A stretch of DNA of 64,000 nucleotides from Thermoanaerobaculia bacterium. GTDB lineage: Bacteria; Acidobacteriota; Thermoanaerobaculia; UBA5066. Each line of letters starts with the position of its first letter. Within the stretch, counting starts at the first letter, position 1. Position numbers and translations under genes: made by a program. The stretch lies in NCBI GenBank assembly GCA_963719225.1, contig CAVRAY010000001.1:3232001-3296000 (forward strand), read 5' to 3'. Below the pieces are notes generated by a model. It worked only from the letters and a program-made list of their open reading frames with translations. It did no database searches and was not told the DNA's origin. Positions 1-9,887 of this stretch are shown here, one piece after another.

Positions 1-141
1 GTCGTTCGCGCGGCGCCGCGTCGCGCGGAGATCGGTCAGGAGGATCGAGGCGAGGACGCCGAGGACGAGCGCGAAGACGACGAGGATCCCCATCACGAGA
101 AGGAGCGAGCTTCCGCGCTCGCGCCTCGCGGCGGACCTCAT
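1..141 (-). CDS. Partial pilin/pseudopilin-like protein (PilX/GspK-like N-terminus), runs off the window edge
   Basis: ATG at 141 overlaps the stop of 138..677. Reads MRSAARRERGSSLLLVMGILVVFALVLG: basic leader, Gly, then a hydrophobic helix. Confidence 0.6.
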   Translation of the reverse strand, partial: MRSAARRERGSSLLLVMGILVVFALVLGVLASILLTDLRATRRRAND

Positions 142-677
142 CGGGCCTTCTCCGTCGGTCGGCCGCAGGCCAGCGCGATCAGCTCGGTCCGGTCGCCCTC
201 GCTCCACTGCAGGAGGAGGCGCCCGTTCGCGAGCTCGGCCGGATCGAGGGAAAACGTGCCCGGAAGCGTCCAGGTCGAGGTCGCGCTCACGACCTCGCCG
301 TCCGGCTTCTTTCTCGACGACGTCCGCTCGACCTTGCTCCCGTGCACGTTCCACGAAATCTCCGGATCCTCCTCGCGGAGCGGCACGAGGTCCAGCCGGA
401 AGGCGGCCGAGGGAAACGGCGGCGAGACCGCGGCGGCGGACGCGCGCGCGAGGTCGGTCGAGAGGCGCTCCCAGAGAAGCGGGAACATCTCGACGCTCAG
501 GCGTTTCGCGTCGAGGCCCGCCTGCTGCCTCAGGAGTCCGAGGGCCACGGGCAGGAGCGAGAACAGGAGGACCACGCCGATGAGGACGACGACGCACAGC
601 TCGACGAGAGAGAAACCAAAGGCCAAGCCAAAAGCCAAGCCGTGAGCCAAGCCGGGTACCGGGCGCGGCGCCCTCAT
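138..677 (-). CDS. Prepilin-type N-terminal cleavage/methylation domain protein (minor pilin/pseudopilin)
   Basis: G|FSLVEL class III signal followed by a hydrophobic helix; 4-nt overlaps with both neighbours. Confidence 0.75.
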   Translation of the reverse strand: MRAPRPVPGLAHGLAFGLAFGFSLVELCVVVLIGVVLLFSLLPVALGLLRQQAGLDAKRLSVEMFPLLWERLSTDLARASAAAVSPPFPSAAFRLDLVPLREEDPEISWNVHGSKVERTSSRKKPDGEVVSATSTWTLPGTFSLDPAELANGRLLLQWSEGDRTELIALACGRPTEKAR

Positions 678-1084
678 GGCGGCGGCGGCAGCGTGCCCGC
701 GCCGCGGAAGACGTAGCCTTCCTGCACGAGCTGCTTCGCCATCTTCTCTCCGAACCCGATCTCGAGGTGGACGAAGAAGAGCCCGTCGACCTCCGTCGAT
801 TTCACCCTCAGAAACGGATTTCGGGGGTCGAGCGCATCAACGAAGTCGCCCGGTCCCACGAAGGGCCGTCGGTCCTTCGGATAAACGTCGCTCCGAAACG
901 GCCCGCGCAAGTAGATCCACTCGCTGGCGAGCGCGCGCACCGCCCGCTCGCGATCGAGACGCTCCCGCTCGAGAGAGCGGCGGCGCGCGAGGAACCCCGC
1001 GCCGAGCGTCAGGACGACCCCGAGGATCGCCAGGGAAACGAGCGCCTCGAGGAGGAAGACGCCGCGGGAGCGCCGGTCGCTCAT
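674..1084 (-). CDS. Prepilin-like protein (PilV/GspI-like minor pilin)
   Basis: MSDRRSRG|VFLLEALVSLAILGVVL, with Glu at +5. Confidence 0.75.
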   Translation of the reverse strand: MSDRRSRGVFLLEALVSLAILGVVLTLGAGFLARRRSLERERLDRERAVRALASEWIYLRGPFRSDVYPKDRRPFVGPGDFVDALDPRNPFLRVKSTEVDGLFFVHLEIGFGEKMAKQLVQEGYVFRGAGTLPPPP

Positions 1085-1102
1085 CGTGTCCCGCGCGGCC
1101 GG

Positions 1103-1720
1103 TCAGCGCAGCGACGAAACGAGCTTCTTCACGGCGCGCTCGGCGGCGTCCTCGGCGGCCTGAGCTTCCGCCTCGGTGTCGAGGGTGCTCACCTGGGAGG
1201 TCCCGTTGCGGCCCGTGACGTCGATGGCCTTCCCGGGCGTGCCGGGCGCCGTCACGATCGAGACGCTGACGGAGCAGTCGGCCTCGTACGAGACGACGAT
1301 GTTCTCCACGCGCACGGGCGTGCCCGTTCCCGGGTTCACCTGGCGGTCGTAGATGCGGCCCTCGTGCCGCTGGATCCGGCACGGGGAGAGCAGGATGCCG
1401 AGGTACACGTCCGCGGGCCAGGCCTTACGGAACTCCGCTCCCGCCTCGCCGGGCACGGCCACGTCGGCGAGACGCGCGCCCGAGAGCCGCGCGTCCACGA
1501 TCGCCCCGAGGCCCCGGTCGCTCGCCGTGGAGAGAAAGCGAGGCACGAAGCGGTCGAGCTCCGGCGCATCGCCTTTCGCTTCCACGAGGACGATCGCCTT
1601 TTTCGGCGACTGGGCCGGCGCGGCTCCGGACGCGGCGGAACCGGACGGCGACGGAGAGGAAGCGCAGCCGGAGAGCGCGAGGAAGGATGCGAAGACGGCA
1701 AGAGGACGCATGACCTGCAT
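1103..1720 (-). CDS. Putative lipoprotein
   Basis: MQVMRPLAVFASFLALSGC lipobox; TACACT -10-like hexamer 8 nt upstream; 3' part of ORF 1103..3157. Confidence 0.7.
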   Translation of the reverse strand: MQVMRPLAVFASFLALSGCASSPSPSGSAASGAAPAQSPKKAIVLVEAKGDAPELDRFVPRFLSTASDRGLGAIVDARLSGARLADVAVPGEAGAEFRKAWPADVYLGILLSPCRIQRHEGRIYDRQVNPGTGTPVRVENIVVSYEADCSVSVSIVTAPGTPGKAIDVTGRNGTSQVSTLDTEAEAQAAEDAAERAVKKLVSSLR

Positions 1721-1759
1721 GGCGCCGAAGTGTACGCCGCCTCCCGTTATCCTCCATCC

Positions 1760-2791
1760 ATGGAAACCGCGGCCGATCCCGTCGATCTCCTCGTCGTCGG
1801 GGCGGGTCCGGTCGGTCTCGCGTGCGCGCTCGAGGCGGCGCGCCAGGGTCTCTCGCACGTCGTGATCGAAAAGGGCGCGCTCTTGGACACGCTCGTACAC
1901 TGGCCCACGTACACGGTTTTCTTTTCGACTCCGGAGCTGCTCGAGATCGGCGGCCATCCGTTCGTCACCGCCTCGGCCAAGCCCACGCGCCGCGAGGGCC
2001 TCGTCTATTACCGGAAGGTGGCCGAACGCGAAGGGCTGAGGGTCCGTCTTCACGAGCGTGTCCTTTCGGTGGCGAAGGAAGATGGCGTCTTTCGCGTCGC
2101 GACGACGGGCGGCGTCCATGGGGCCCATGCCGTGATCGTCGCGACCGGCTTCTATGCCACGCCGAACCTCCTCGGAGTTCCGGGGGAGGAACTCCCGAAG
2201 GTGTCGCATTACTACACCGAGCCGTTCGCGCACGCGCAGACGGACGTCCTCGTGGTGGGCGGTAAGAACTCGGCCGTCGAAGCGGCGCTCGACCTCCATC
2301 GGAACGGCGTTCGCGTCACGATGGCGGTACGCAAGAGGGAGTTCGGGACGAGCGTCAAGTACTGGCTCAGACCCGACATCGAGAATCGGGTCAAGGAGGG
2401 CTCGATCCGGGCCCACTTCGAGACGACGGTGAAGAGGATCGAGGAACACCGCGTCGTCCTCGAGACGAAGGGCACCACCTTCGAGATCCCGAACCACTTC
2501 GTCTTCGCGCTCACGGGATACCGGCCCGACTTCCCGCTCCTCGACGCCTGCGGAATCGCCGTCACGGGCGACTTCGAGGTCGTTCACGACCCGGAAACCA
2601 TGGAGACGAACGTGCCCGGCCTCTACGTCGCAGGCGTCCTGGCCGCGGGCGCCCGGATCGGAAAGCTCTTCATCGAGAACGGCCGCCTCCACGCCGTCGC
2701 GATCGTGAAGCACGTCCTCGCGCGCAAAGGCAGCGCTCCCGCCGCGCCACTCCTTGCCCCCCGCCTCCGGAGGTTCCAGGACGGGGACTAG
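1760..2791 (+). CDS. ypdA: YpdA family FAD-dependent disulfide reductase (putative bacillithiol disulfide reductase)
   Basis: GAGPVG FAD motif, FFSTPELLEIG, KPTRREGLVYY, GGKNSA, VKYWLRPDIENR, ETNVPGLYVAG, FIENGRLHA. Confidence 0.85.
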   Translation: METAADPVDLLVVGAGPVGLACALEAARQGLSHVVIEKGALLDTLVHWPTYTVFFSTPELLEIGGHPFVTASAKPTRREGLVYYRKVAEREGLRVRLHERVLSVAKEDGVFRVATTGGVHGAHAVIVATGFYATPNLLGVPGEELPKVSHYYTEPFAHAQTDVLVVGGKNSAVEAALDLHRNGVRVTMAVRKREFGTSVKYWLRPDIENRVKEGSIRAHFETTVKRIEEHRVVLETKGTTFEIPNHFVFALTGYRPDFPLLDACGIAVTGDFEVVHDPETMETNVPGLYVAGVLAAGARIGKLFIENGRLHAVAIVKHVLARKGSAPAAPLLAPRLRRFQDGD

Positions 2792-3267
2792 GACGGCGAC
2801 GCGGGGGAAGGCGGCGCGTTCCAGATGTCGACGACGCATCTCCACTGCCCGTCGGCGTCCAGGCGCCAGACCGTGATGCCCCGCCCCGGCAGCGTCCGCG
2901 GCACGCCGTCGGCCCCAGGCACGGTCATTTCGTTCGTGCTGCGCATGTAGGCGAGCTTGCCGTCCGGCGAGAAGACGACCTTCTCGGACTTCCAGTGGAT
3001 CTGGAAGCCCGGGATCTTGAGACTGTCCGCGACGAAGCCGCGGAGCGCGGTCTTTCCTTCGACCGCCGGCTGCCCTGGCGGAATGACGAGCGCGTCGTCG
3101 GTCCAGTACGAGACGATCTTCTCGACGTCCTTCCCCGCCGCCGCGTCGGCCGCCCACTCCGCGTCCCGCTTCAGCACCTTCGCCTCCTCGGCCTTCGCGT
3201 TGAAAGCCGGCCGCGCGCAGCCCGCGGCGAGCGGGAATCCAACGACGGCTGTGGCACGACGATGCAT
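2788..3267 (-). CDS. DUF4440/SnoaL (NTF2-like) domain protein, probably a lipoprotein
   Basis: YWTDDALVIPPG...GK; GRGITVWR..DGQWRCVVDIWN. Confidence 0.75.
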   Translation of the reverse strand: MHRRATAVVGFPLAAGCARPAFNAKAEEAKVLKRDAEWAADAAAGKDVEKIVSYWTDDALVIPPGQPAVEGKTALRGFVADSLKIPGFQIHWKSEKVVFSPDGKLAYMRSTNEMTVPGADGVPRTLPGRGITVWRLDADGQWRCVVDIWNAPPSPASPS

Positions 3268-3293
3268 GGGGCCTCCTTCGACGAGAATCCCGG

Positions 3294-4314
3294 TCACCCG
3301 CCCGCCGCCTTCGGCGCTGCGGGCTCGGCGTCCGGAAAGGGGTTCACCTTGTGCTCGATCGGCGCGAGGGTGTTGAGGAAGTCGTACAGCATTCCGAGGT
3401 CGTCCTCGGTCATGCCCGAAAGCGGGAGCCACGGCATGACGGTGTTGCGGCCTTTCGGCGCGGGCGGGGCGTTGTCGCCCGTGAGCGCGACGAAGGACTT
3501 GAAGCGCCCGATGAACTCCGCCTTCGTGGCCTTGCCCATGTACGTGTCGGGGTGCGGCGTGAGGTTCGGCGTGAGGTTGCGTCCCCACGGCCCCTTCATC
3601 TCCCAGCCGCCGGAGTAGTCCTTCCCCGGGAGGCGCTTTCCCTTGTCGTCGTGGGGCGAGTGGCATTCGCGGCAGTTGGCCACGACGGAGAGGTAACGCC
3701 CGTATCCGATGCGGTCCGTCTTCGGGTCGGGGGCGGACACGGGGCCCTCGAGCGGCTGGGGCTCGAGCTTGACGAGGAGGTTGACCGGGAAGTCGAGCTT
3801 CCGCGCGGGCACCGCGTGTTTCACCGGGGCGAGCGTCCGGATGTAGGCGACGACCGACTTCGCGTCCTCGTCCGAGAGAGAACGATACGACTTGTACTGC
3901 ATCATCGGGAAGAGCGCGTTGCCGTTCTTGTCCACCCTCTCTCACGGCGCGCAGCACCTCGCCGTCCGTCCACGTGCCGATCCCGTTCTCGGGATCGGGC
4001 GTGATGTTCTGCGCGCAGACGACGCCGGGAACCGCGTAGTCCTTGCCGAACGGGAAGCCGCCCTGGCCCGCGGTGCCGGGCTTGACCGGCACGCCGTAGC
4101 GGTCGGCCCGGAGGTCCGAGTGGCACCCGAGGCAGTCCACCACGTGCTCGACGAGATACGTGCCGCGTGCGAGGCGCTCGGGCGTGCGCTCGATGCGCTC
4201 GGCCGAAGGCGGCCGCTGGGCGGGACGGCGAAGGGCGAGGGCCGCGACGGCGACACCGGCGACGACGACGAGGCCGAGGGCCAGGATGAGGATCACCCGC
4301 ATCAGTTTTTTCAT
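3294..4314 (-). CDS. Diheme cytochrome c, membrane-anchored; frameshifted near 3935
   Basis: CLGCH and QNITPDPENGIGTWTD in one frame; VDKNGNALFPMM...CRECH...PNLTP in another; the frames join at GAGGGTGGAC. Confidence 0.8.
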
Positions 4315-5693
4315 GGGCGGGGATTATTGCGCGAGAGCGGCAGCTTCAGGATCACGACGTCCTCGAGCTTCTCGGCGGGCAGCTCGCCGTCTCCGATCAG
4401 GTCCGACTGGCTGTTCGCGATGAAATAAAACACGCCGTCCGCAACGACGCCCCGCGTCGGCCCGTGGAACTTCGGATGACAACATTCGAGGACGTCACCC
4501 TCTTCGAGCGCCATCCCGTCCGCCGCCACCCGCCATCGCGCGACGCGCCCGGCGCTCACGACGTTCATGATCCCGAGGATCGATCCGTCGTGAAGGACGA
4601 GGCCGCCCAGGCCGGCCGGGAAGATACCCGGGACCTGGTCGACGGCCTGGACCTCGCCCGTCGCGGGGTCCACGTGGAAGAGGCCCTGCGCGATGTCGGC
4701 CACGTAGAGGTGTTTCCCGTCTGCGCTCATCGCGATCCCGTTCGGCGCGACGAACGGGCCCCTCTTGACGAGCGTCTTCAGCTCCGCGCCACCGGCCTCG
4801 AGGACCAGAACCTCGGCGGACTCGGTGTCGGTCACGTAGACGTTGCCGGCGGGATCGAGGACGAGATCGTTGAAGAGATGCGTCAGGGGCCCCGGCACGG
4901 AGATCCTTCGCACGAGCTTTTTCGAGACGAGGTCGTACTCGCACAGGGCCGAGCGTCCGTAGGCCTCGGATTTGAAGCCCTTCATCTCCGGAGCGGCGGC
5001 GCTCGCGGCCCAGAGGCGGCGGCGCACCGCGTCCACCTTGATTCCGTGCACGGCGTCCAGCTCGTCCGCGCCCTCCTCCACGAAGTCCGACACGACGGCG
5101 GGCGCGCCGGGACGGCCGGGCTTCACCTTGACGACCTTCCGTTTCCAGAGGCTCGAGAGGTAGAAGACCTTCTCGACGGGGTCGTACGCGAGACCCTCCG
5201 GCACGAGGTCCCTCTCCGTCACGGTGAACGCGACGACGGAACGGTGTTGTTTCGCGGCCTGGGCGCGGATGATGGCGTCCGCGTTCTTGAAGGCCGGCTC
5301 GCTCTCGATCGACGCGAAGGACTTCGGGCTGGGCACGAGGCAGCTCCCGAGCTGCCAGAGCCGCTGTAGCCACTCGAAGGATGCCTCGGGCTTGCGCGCG
5401 CGGACCCAGGTCGCCGCCGAAAGATAAGCGGCGACGTCGTCCTTCGGGTTTGCCCCGTACACGCGCGAAAAAGCCTCCGACGCTCCCCGCCAGTCGCCTC
5501 GGCTGAAGGCCCGTTTGCCCGCGGCGTAGTTGTTTTCGATGATGCTGATCTTCGCCTTGCCCAGCCGCGGCGCGGCCGGGGCGGAGCCGGAAGGGCGCGA
5601 TCCGGCGCACCCCGGGATCTCCCCGAGGAGCGCCACGGCGAGAAGCGTCGGAAAAGCACGGTTCGGGCGGCTATGTGGCGTCATCGTCTCCAT
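4311..5693 (-). CDS. SMP-30/gluconolactonase-like beta-propeller protein with N-terminal TPR, secreted
   Basis: PEGLAYDP, LFNDLVLDPAGNVYVTD, PNGIAMSADGKHLYVAD; signal peptide. Confidence 0.75.
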   Translation of the reverse strand: METMTPHSRPNRAFPTLLAVALLGEIPGCAGSRPSGSAPAAPRLGKAKISIIENNYAAGKRAFSRGDWRGASEAFSRVYGANPKDDVAAYLSAATWVRARKPEASFEWLQRLWQLGSCLVPSPKSFASIESEPAFKNADAIIRAQAAKQHRSVVAFTVTERDLVPEGLAYDPVEKVFYLSSLWKRKVVKVKPGRPGAPAVVSDFVEEGADELDAVHGIKVDAVRRRLWAASAAAPEMKGFKSEAYGRSALCEYDLVSKKLVRRISVPGPLTHLFNDLVLDPAGNVYVTDTESAEVLVLEAGGAELKTLVKRGPFVAPNGIAMSADGKHLYVADIAQGLFHVDPATGEVQAVDQVPGIFPAGLGGLVLHDGSILGIMNVVSAGRVARWRVAADGMALEEGDVLECCHPKFHGPTRGVVADGVFYFIANSQSDLIGDGELPAEKLEDVVILKLPLSRNNPRP

Positions 5694-6429
5694 TTTCCCA
5701 GAGACTTCGCTGAAGCTCCCGGGGAGGCTGCGCGCGCTTCGGCGGCTTCGAAGGGAGCGGAGCGGCGACGTCGAAGACCGACGGGTCGTCGATTTCGGGC
5801 GAATTGACGCGCGGCGACACGTCGAACGCATCGAGCGTGCCCGCGGAAAGAGGGCGCAGGACTTTCTCGAGGGATGCCGGGTCCTCGACACTCGGATCGA
5901 GCCACAGGTCTTCGGCGCCGGGTTCGAGGATGACGGGCATGCGGTCGTGCACGTCTGCGACCTCCGGGTTCGCATCCGTCGTGAGCACCGCGAAAGTGCG
6001 CAGCGGCGGCCCCCCCCGCGGACGCCACTCGTCCCACAAACCCGCGATCGCGAACGGCTCTCGCGACTTCCTCCGGAATCCGAACGGCACGGCCTTGTTT
6101 CCGTAACGCCTCCACTCGAAGAAGCCGTCGGCGGGCACGAGGGCGCGCCGCCTTTGGAAGGACTCGCGGAAGCTCGGCTTCGCGGCGGCCGTCTCGGCGC
6201 GCGCGTTGATCGGCCGGCCAGCGTCCGCGGGATCCGACGCCCATGCCGGCACGAGACCCCAGCGCATGAGCTCGAGACGGCGCTCCCCCGCTTTCCCGAC
6301 ACGGATGACCGGGAGATCCTGTCCGGGCGCGGCGTTCCAGCGCGGCATGAGGGGGACCAATTCCCCTCGAACGCGGAAGCGCGAGACCAGGACGTCGGCA
6401 GGCGACGTGATCCAGTACCGGCCGCACAT
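5671..6429 (-). CDS. SOS response-associated peptidase (SRAP/YedK/HMCES abasic-site protein)
   Basis: MCGRY with catalytic Cys2, RWGLVP, INARAET, ADGFFEW, HDRMPVIL. Confidence 0.92.
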   Translation of the reverse strand: MCGRYWITSPADVLVSRFRVRGELVPLMPRWNAAPGQDLPVIRVGKAGERRLELMRWGLVPAWASDPADAGRPINARAETAAAKPSFRESFQRRRALVPADGFFEWRRYGNKAVPFGFRRKSREPFAIAGLWDEWRPRGGPPLRTFAVLTTDANPEVADVHDRMPVILEPGAEDLWLDPSVEDPASLEKVLRPLSAGTLDAFDVSPRVNSPEIDDPSVFDVAAPLPSKPPKRAQPPRELQRSLWENGDDDAT

Positions 6430-6446
6430 GACCCGATGCCGACGTC

Positions 6447-8048
6447 TCAGCCCGCCGCGGCCGCCGGCGGCGTGATGCGGGTTCCGTCTTCGTCGTTTTC
6501 CGCGTTCCGCTCCGGAGCCTTGACCGGGATCGCCGCCGCTCCGTTGCGGCTCCACCACCGTTCGGCCAGCTCGCGGGTCCAGGGCTCCTGAAGGACGAGC
6601 CCGGCGAGGCGTGCGTCGAGCACCCGCGCGCTCTCGGGCCTTTCGTCCGGGTCCTTCGCGAGACAGTCGAGGAGAACCCGCTCGAGCTCCGGTTCGATCG
6701 GCGTCGCGACGCGTTTCGAAGGCGGGATCGGCGTCGTCGAGGCGTGGTCGTGGATCGTCTCGAGAGCCGTCTTCCGGTCGAAGACCGGGAGGCCCGTGAC
6801 GAGCATGTATCCGACGGCACCGAGCGCGTAGAGATCCGTCCGGGCGTCCACCGCGCGCCCGAGCGCCATCTCCGGCGCCATGAACGCAGGCGTGCCCGCG
6901 AAGAAGCCTGTCTGCGTGATGTCGGCGGCCGAAGCCGCGAGCGTCTTCACGAGGCCGAAGTCGAGCACCTTCACGAAATCGGGATCGCCGCCGTAGCGGC
7001 AGGTGAAGATGTTGCCGGGCTTGACGTCGCGGTGGACGAGACCTGCTGCGTGCGCCTCGGCGAGCGAGTGGCAGACCTGCCGGAGGAGGTGCACGACACG
7101 CCCCGACGGAAGGGGCCCGAAGCGGCGGACGACGTCCTCGAGCGTGAAGCCTTCGAGAAGCTCCATGACGTAATAGAACGCGCCGTCGTCCGAGCGCCCG
7201 AAGTCGTAGAGCTGGATCGTATGCGGCGAGCGGAGAGCGGCGGTGGCCTTCGCCTCGCGCTCGAAGCGCGCCATCATCTCGCGGCTCGACGCGTCCGTGC
7301 CGCCGCGCACGAGCTTGATCGCCGCGTCGCGCGCGAGCATGCGGTGCTCCGCCCGCCACACTTCGCCCATGCCGCCGTGGCCGAGAAGCGCGACCAGCCG
7401 GTAGCTCCCGAGCTCCCGCGCGCGGCCTGCCTCCTCCGAGAGGCGGTAGACGATGCGCGACCCCACGATCGCGACGACCGCCGCGACCGCAGTCGGAAGG
7501 AACATCGCGACCACCATCGCGGCGGGCGGCGCGGGCCGGTACAAGAGCGCGACGAGGAGTCCGATCGGGTCCATTGCGGCTGTCGCGAGCGTCGCGAGGA
7601 CCGTCTTCCCCCGCGTGGACGGCACGAGCAGCGGAAACGCCAGGATGAGGACCGCCACGGACGAGAACCCCTTCGGGAGGAAGCCTGGTGCTTCCGGGAT
7701 GGAATGGTAGATGGCGGCGAGCAGGAACCCGATGAAGACCTCGTACACGAGCGCGCGGTCGAGGAGCTCGGCCGCGTCGAGGCCGGCACGGCGCGTGAGC
7801 GCGTACATCCCGAGCGAGACGACGACGACCGCGACCTGGCCGAAGAGGACGATCCCCGCGAACGGGCGGACTCCCGCGGCCGCCGCAACGACCCTCTCGA
7901 CGACGGCAAAGACCAGGACCAGCCCGGCGATGAGCAGGGCGACGGCGCCGAGGCGGCGCACGCCTGCGGACAGCAGCTCCGGGGGCAGCGTGCGGGGCGC
8001 GCGGGAGACGGTGGGCGTGGAGTCGGCCTTGCAACAGGTCCGCGTCAT
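6447..8048 (-). CDS. Membrane-bound Hanks-type Ser/Thr protein kinase
   Basis: N-terminal TM helices; LGHGGMGEVW, AIK, HRDVKPGN, DFG, GTPAFMAPE. Confidence 0.92.
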   Translation of the reverse strand: MTRTCCKADSTPTVSRAPRTLPPELLSAGVRRLGAVALLIAGLVLVFAVVERVVAAAAGVRPFAGIVLFGQVAVVVVSLGMYALTRRAGLDAAELLDRALVYEVFIGFLLAAIYHSIPEAPGFLPKGFSSVAVLILAFPLLVPSTRGKTVLATLATAAMDPIGLLVALLYRPAPPAAMVVAMFLPTAVAAVVAIVGSRIVYRLSEEAGRARELGSYRLVALLGHGGMGEVWRAEHRMLARDAAIKLVRGGTDASSREMMARFEREAKATAALRSPHTIQLYDFGRSDDGAFYYVMELLEGFTLEDVVRRFGPLPSGRVVHLLRQVCHSLAEAHAAGLVHRDVKPGNIFTCRYGGDPDFVKVLDFGLVKTLAASAADITQTGFFAGTPAFMAPEMALGRAVDARTDLYALGAVGYMLVTGLPVFDRKTALETIHDHASTTPIPPSKRVATPIEPELERVLLDCLAKDPDERPESARVLDARLAGLVLQEPWTRELAERWWSRNGAAAIPVKAPERNAENDEDGTRITPPAAAAG

Positions 8049-8066
8049 CGCCTTATTCTCTCTCGG

Positions 8067-9002
8067 ATGCCCGAGCTGCCGGATGTGACCATTTACCTCG
8101 AGCACCTGGACCGACTCGTGGCGGGTCAGGTCCTCCGGAAGGTCCGGCTTGCGAGCCCGTTCGTCCTGAGGTCGGTCGAGCCGCCGCTCAGGGACCTCGA
8201 GGGCCGAGCGCTCGAAGCGGTATCACGCCTCGGCAAGCGACTCGTATTCACATTCGAAGAATCCCTTTTCCTCGTTCTGCATCTCATGATTGCGGGCCGA
8301 TTGCGATGGCGCGAGTCGGGAGCCCCCATTCCAAAGAGAATCGGCTTGCTCTCTCTCGATTTCGACTCCGGGTCCGTTCTTCTGACGGAGGCGAGCCCGA
8401 AGAAGCGTGCGTGGGTGCGGGTCGTCGCGGGACGCGAGGCGCTCGCCGCCCTCGATCCCGGCGGCCTCGAGCCGCTCGAAGCGACGCGCGAGGCCTTTTC
8501 CGCGCGCTTGAGGAGCGAGAACCACACCCTGAAGCGCGCCCTGACGGATCCGACCCTCTTCTCCGGTATCGGAAACGCCTACTCGGACGAGATCCTCCAC
8601 GCGGCGAAGCTCTCCCCCGTCGCCCTCACGGCGCACCTCTCCGACGGGGAGGCCGCCCGTCTCCACGACGCGACGAAAACGACGCTTCTCGACTGGACGG
8701 AACGGCTGCGAAGGGACGCCGGCGAGAAGTTCCCCGAGAAGGTGACCGCGTTCCGTCCGGAGATGGCCGTGCACGGGAAGTTCGGCGAGCCGTGCCCCGT
8801 CTGCGGGACGAAGGTCCAGCGCATCGTGTACGCCGACAACGAGACGAACTACTGCCCGGCGTGTCAGACCGGCGGCAAGCTCCTGGCCGACCGCTCCCTT
8901 TCACGCCTTCTCCATGGCGACTGGCCGAAGAGCCTGGAAGAAATGGAGGAGCGGAAGACGAGGGAGCAGCTCGTCAGATCAACTCGGCCATCCGCCTCCT
9001 GA
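8067..9002 (+). CDS. Fpg/Nei family DNA glycosylase/AP lyase
   Basis: MPELPD N-terminus, HLMIAGR, GIGNAYSDEIL (H2TH), CPVC...CPACQ zinc finger. Confidence 0.92.
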   Translation: MPELPDVTIYLEHLDRLVAGQVLRKVRLASPFVLRSVEPPLRDLEGRALEAVSRLGKRLVFTFEESLFLVLHLMIAGRLRWRESGAPIPKRIGLLSLDFDSGSVLLTEASPKKRAWVRVVAGREALAALDPGGLEPLEATREAFSARLRSENHTLKRALTDPTLFSGIGNAYSDEILHAAKLSPVALTAHLSDGEAARLHDATKTTLLDWTERLRRDAGEKFPEKVTAFRPEMAVHGKFGEPCPVCGTKVQRIVYADNETNYCPACQTGGKLLADRSLSRLLHGDWPKSLEEMEERKTREQLVRSTRPSAS

Positions 9003-9885
9003 GCTTTTGGTCCGGCAGCCGGCCGAACGCCGCGTCGAGATCGTCGTCCAGGTGCGCACGCTTTCCGGTCGCGGGAATCGCGCACGTGACGGCGGGGTTC
9101 GCGAGAATCCACTTCAGGAAGAACTGCGGCCACGAGGAGCAGTCGAGCTCGGCGGCCCAGTCGGGGAGAGGCCGCGAGAGGACGCGTTTGAGGGCCTCGC
9201 CTCCCGCGAAAGGGCGGTTCACGAGGACGGCGACGCCTTTCTCCCGCGCGAGCGGGAGAATCCGCGCTTCCGCCTCGCGCTCGGCAAGCGAGTAGTTCAC
9301 CTGGAGGAAGTCCAGCTTCTCCCGGAGAAGAACGCGCTCGACGGCCGGATACGCGCTCGCCGTGTAATGCGTGACGCCGATGTAGCGCACGCGACCGGCG
9401 TCCTTCAGCGCCCGAAGCGTCGCGAGATGGGTCTCGAGGTCGAGCAGGTTGTGCACCTGGAGGAGATCGAGGCGCTTCGTGCCGAGAAGCCGCTCGGACG
9501 CTTCGATCTGGCGAAGACCCGCCTCGCGTCCGCGCGTCCAGACCTTCGTGGCAAGAAAGAGCTTCCCGGTGAGCCCCCGCTTCTTCGCGATCGCGCCCAC
9601 CACCTCTTCGGACTGCCCGTACATCGGCGAGGAATCCACGAGCCGGCCGCCGCGCTCGACGAACCGCGCGAGGACCTCTTCGAGAGGCGTCCGTTCCGCT
9701 GCGGACGACCCCACGTCGAACGTCGACCAAGTCCCCAGCCCGATGACCGGAATCCGCTCACCGGAAGACGGGATCGCGCGAAGCATCTGCTCGGCCGACG
9801 CGCCCGCGCCGGACGCGCCGAGAAAAGCGCCCGCGGCGGTCGCTCCGAAGACGCGCAGAGTGTCGCGCCGCGAGAGATCCCCCAT
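8974..9885 (-). CDS. Aldo/keto reductase with Tat-like signal
   Basis: SRRDTL twin-Arg; IGLGTW, DSSPMYG, ATKVW, LDLLQVHNL. Confidence 0.88.
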   Translation of the reverse strand: MGDLSRRDTLRVFGATAAGAFLGASGAGASAEQMLRAIPSSGERIPVIGLGTWSTFDVGSSAAERTPLEEVLARFVERGGRLVDSSPMYGQSEEVVGAIAKKRGLTGKLFLATKVWTRGREAGLRQIEASERLLGTKRLDLLQVHNLLDLETHLATLRALKDAGRVRYIGVTHYTASAYPAVERVLLREKLDFLQVNYSLAEREAEARILPLAREKGVAVLVNRPFAGGEALKRVLSRPLPDWAAELDCSSWPQFFLKWILANPAVTCAIPATGKRAHLDDDLDAAFGRLPDQKLRRRMAELI

Positions 9886-9887
9886 GG

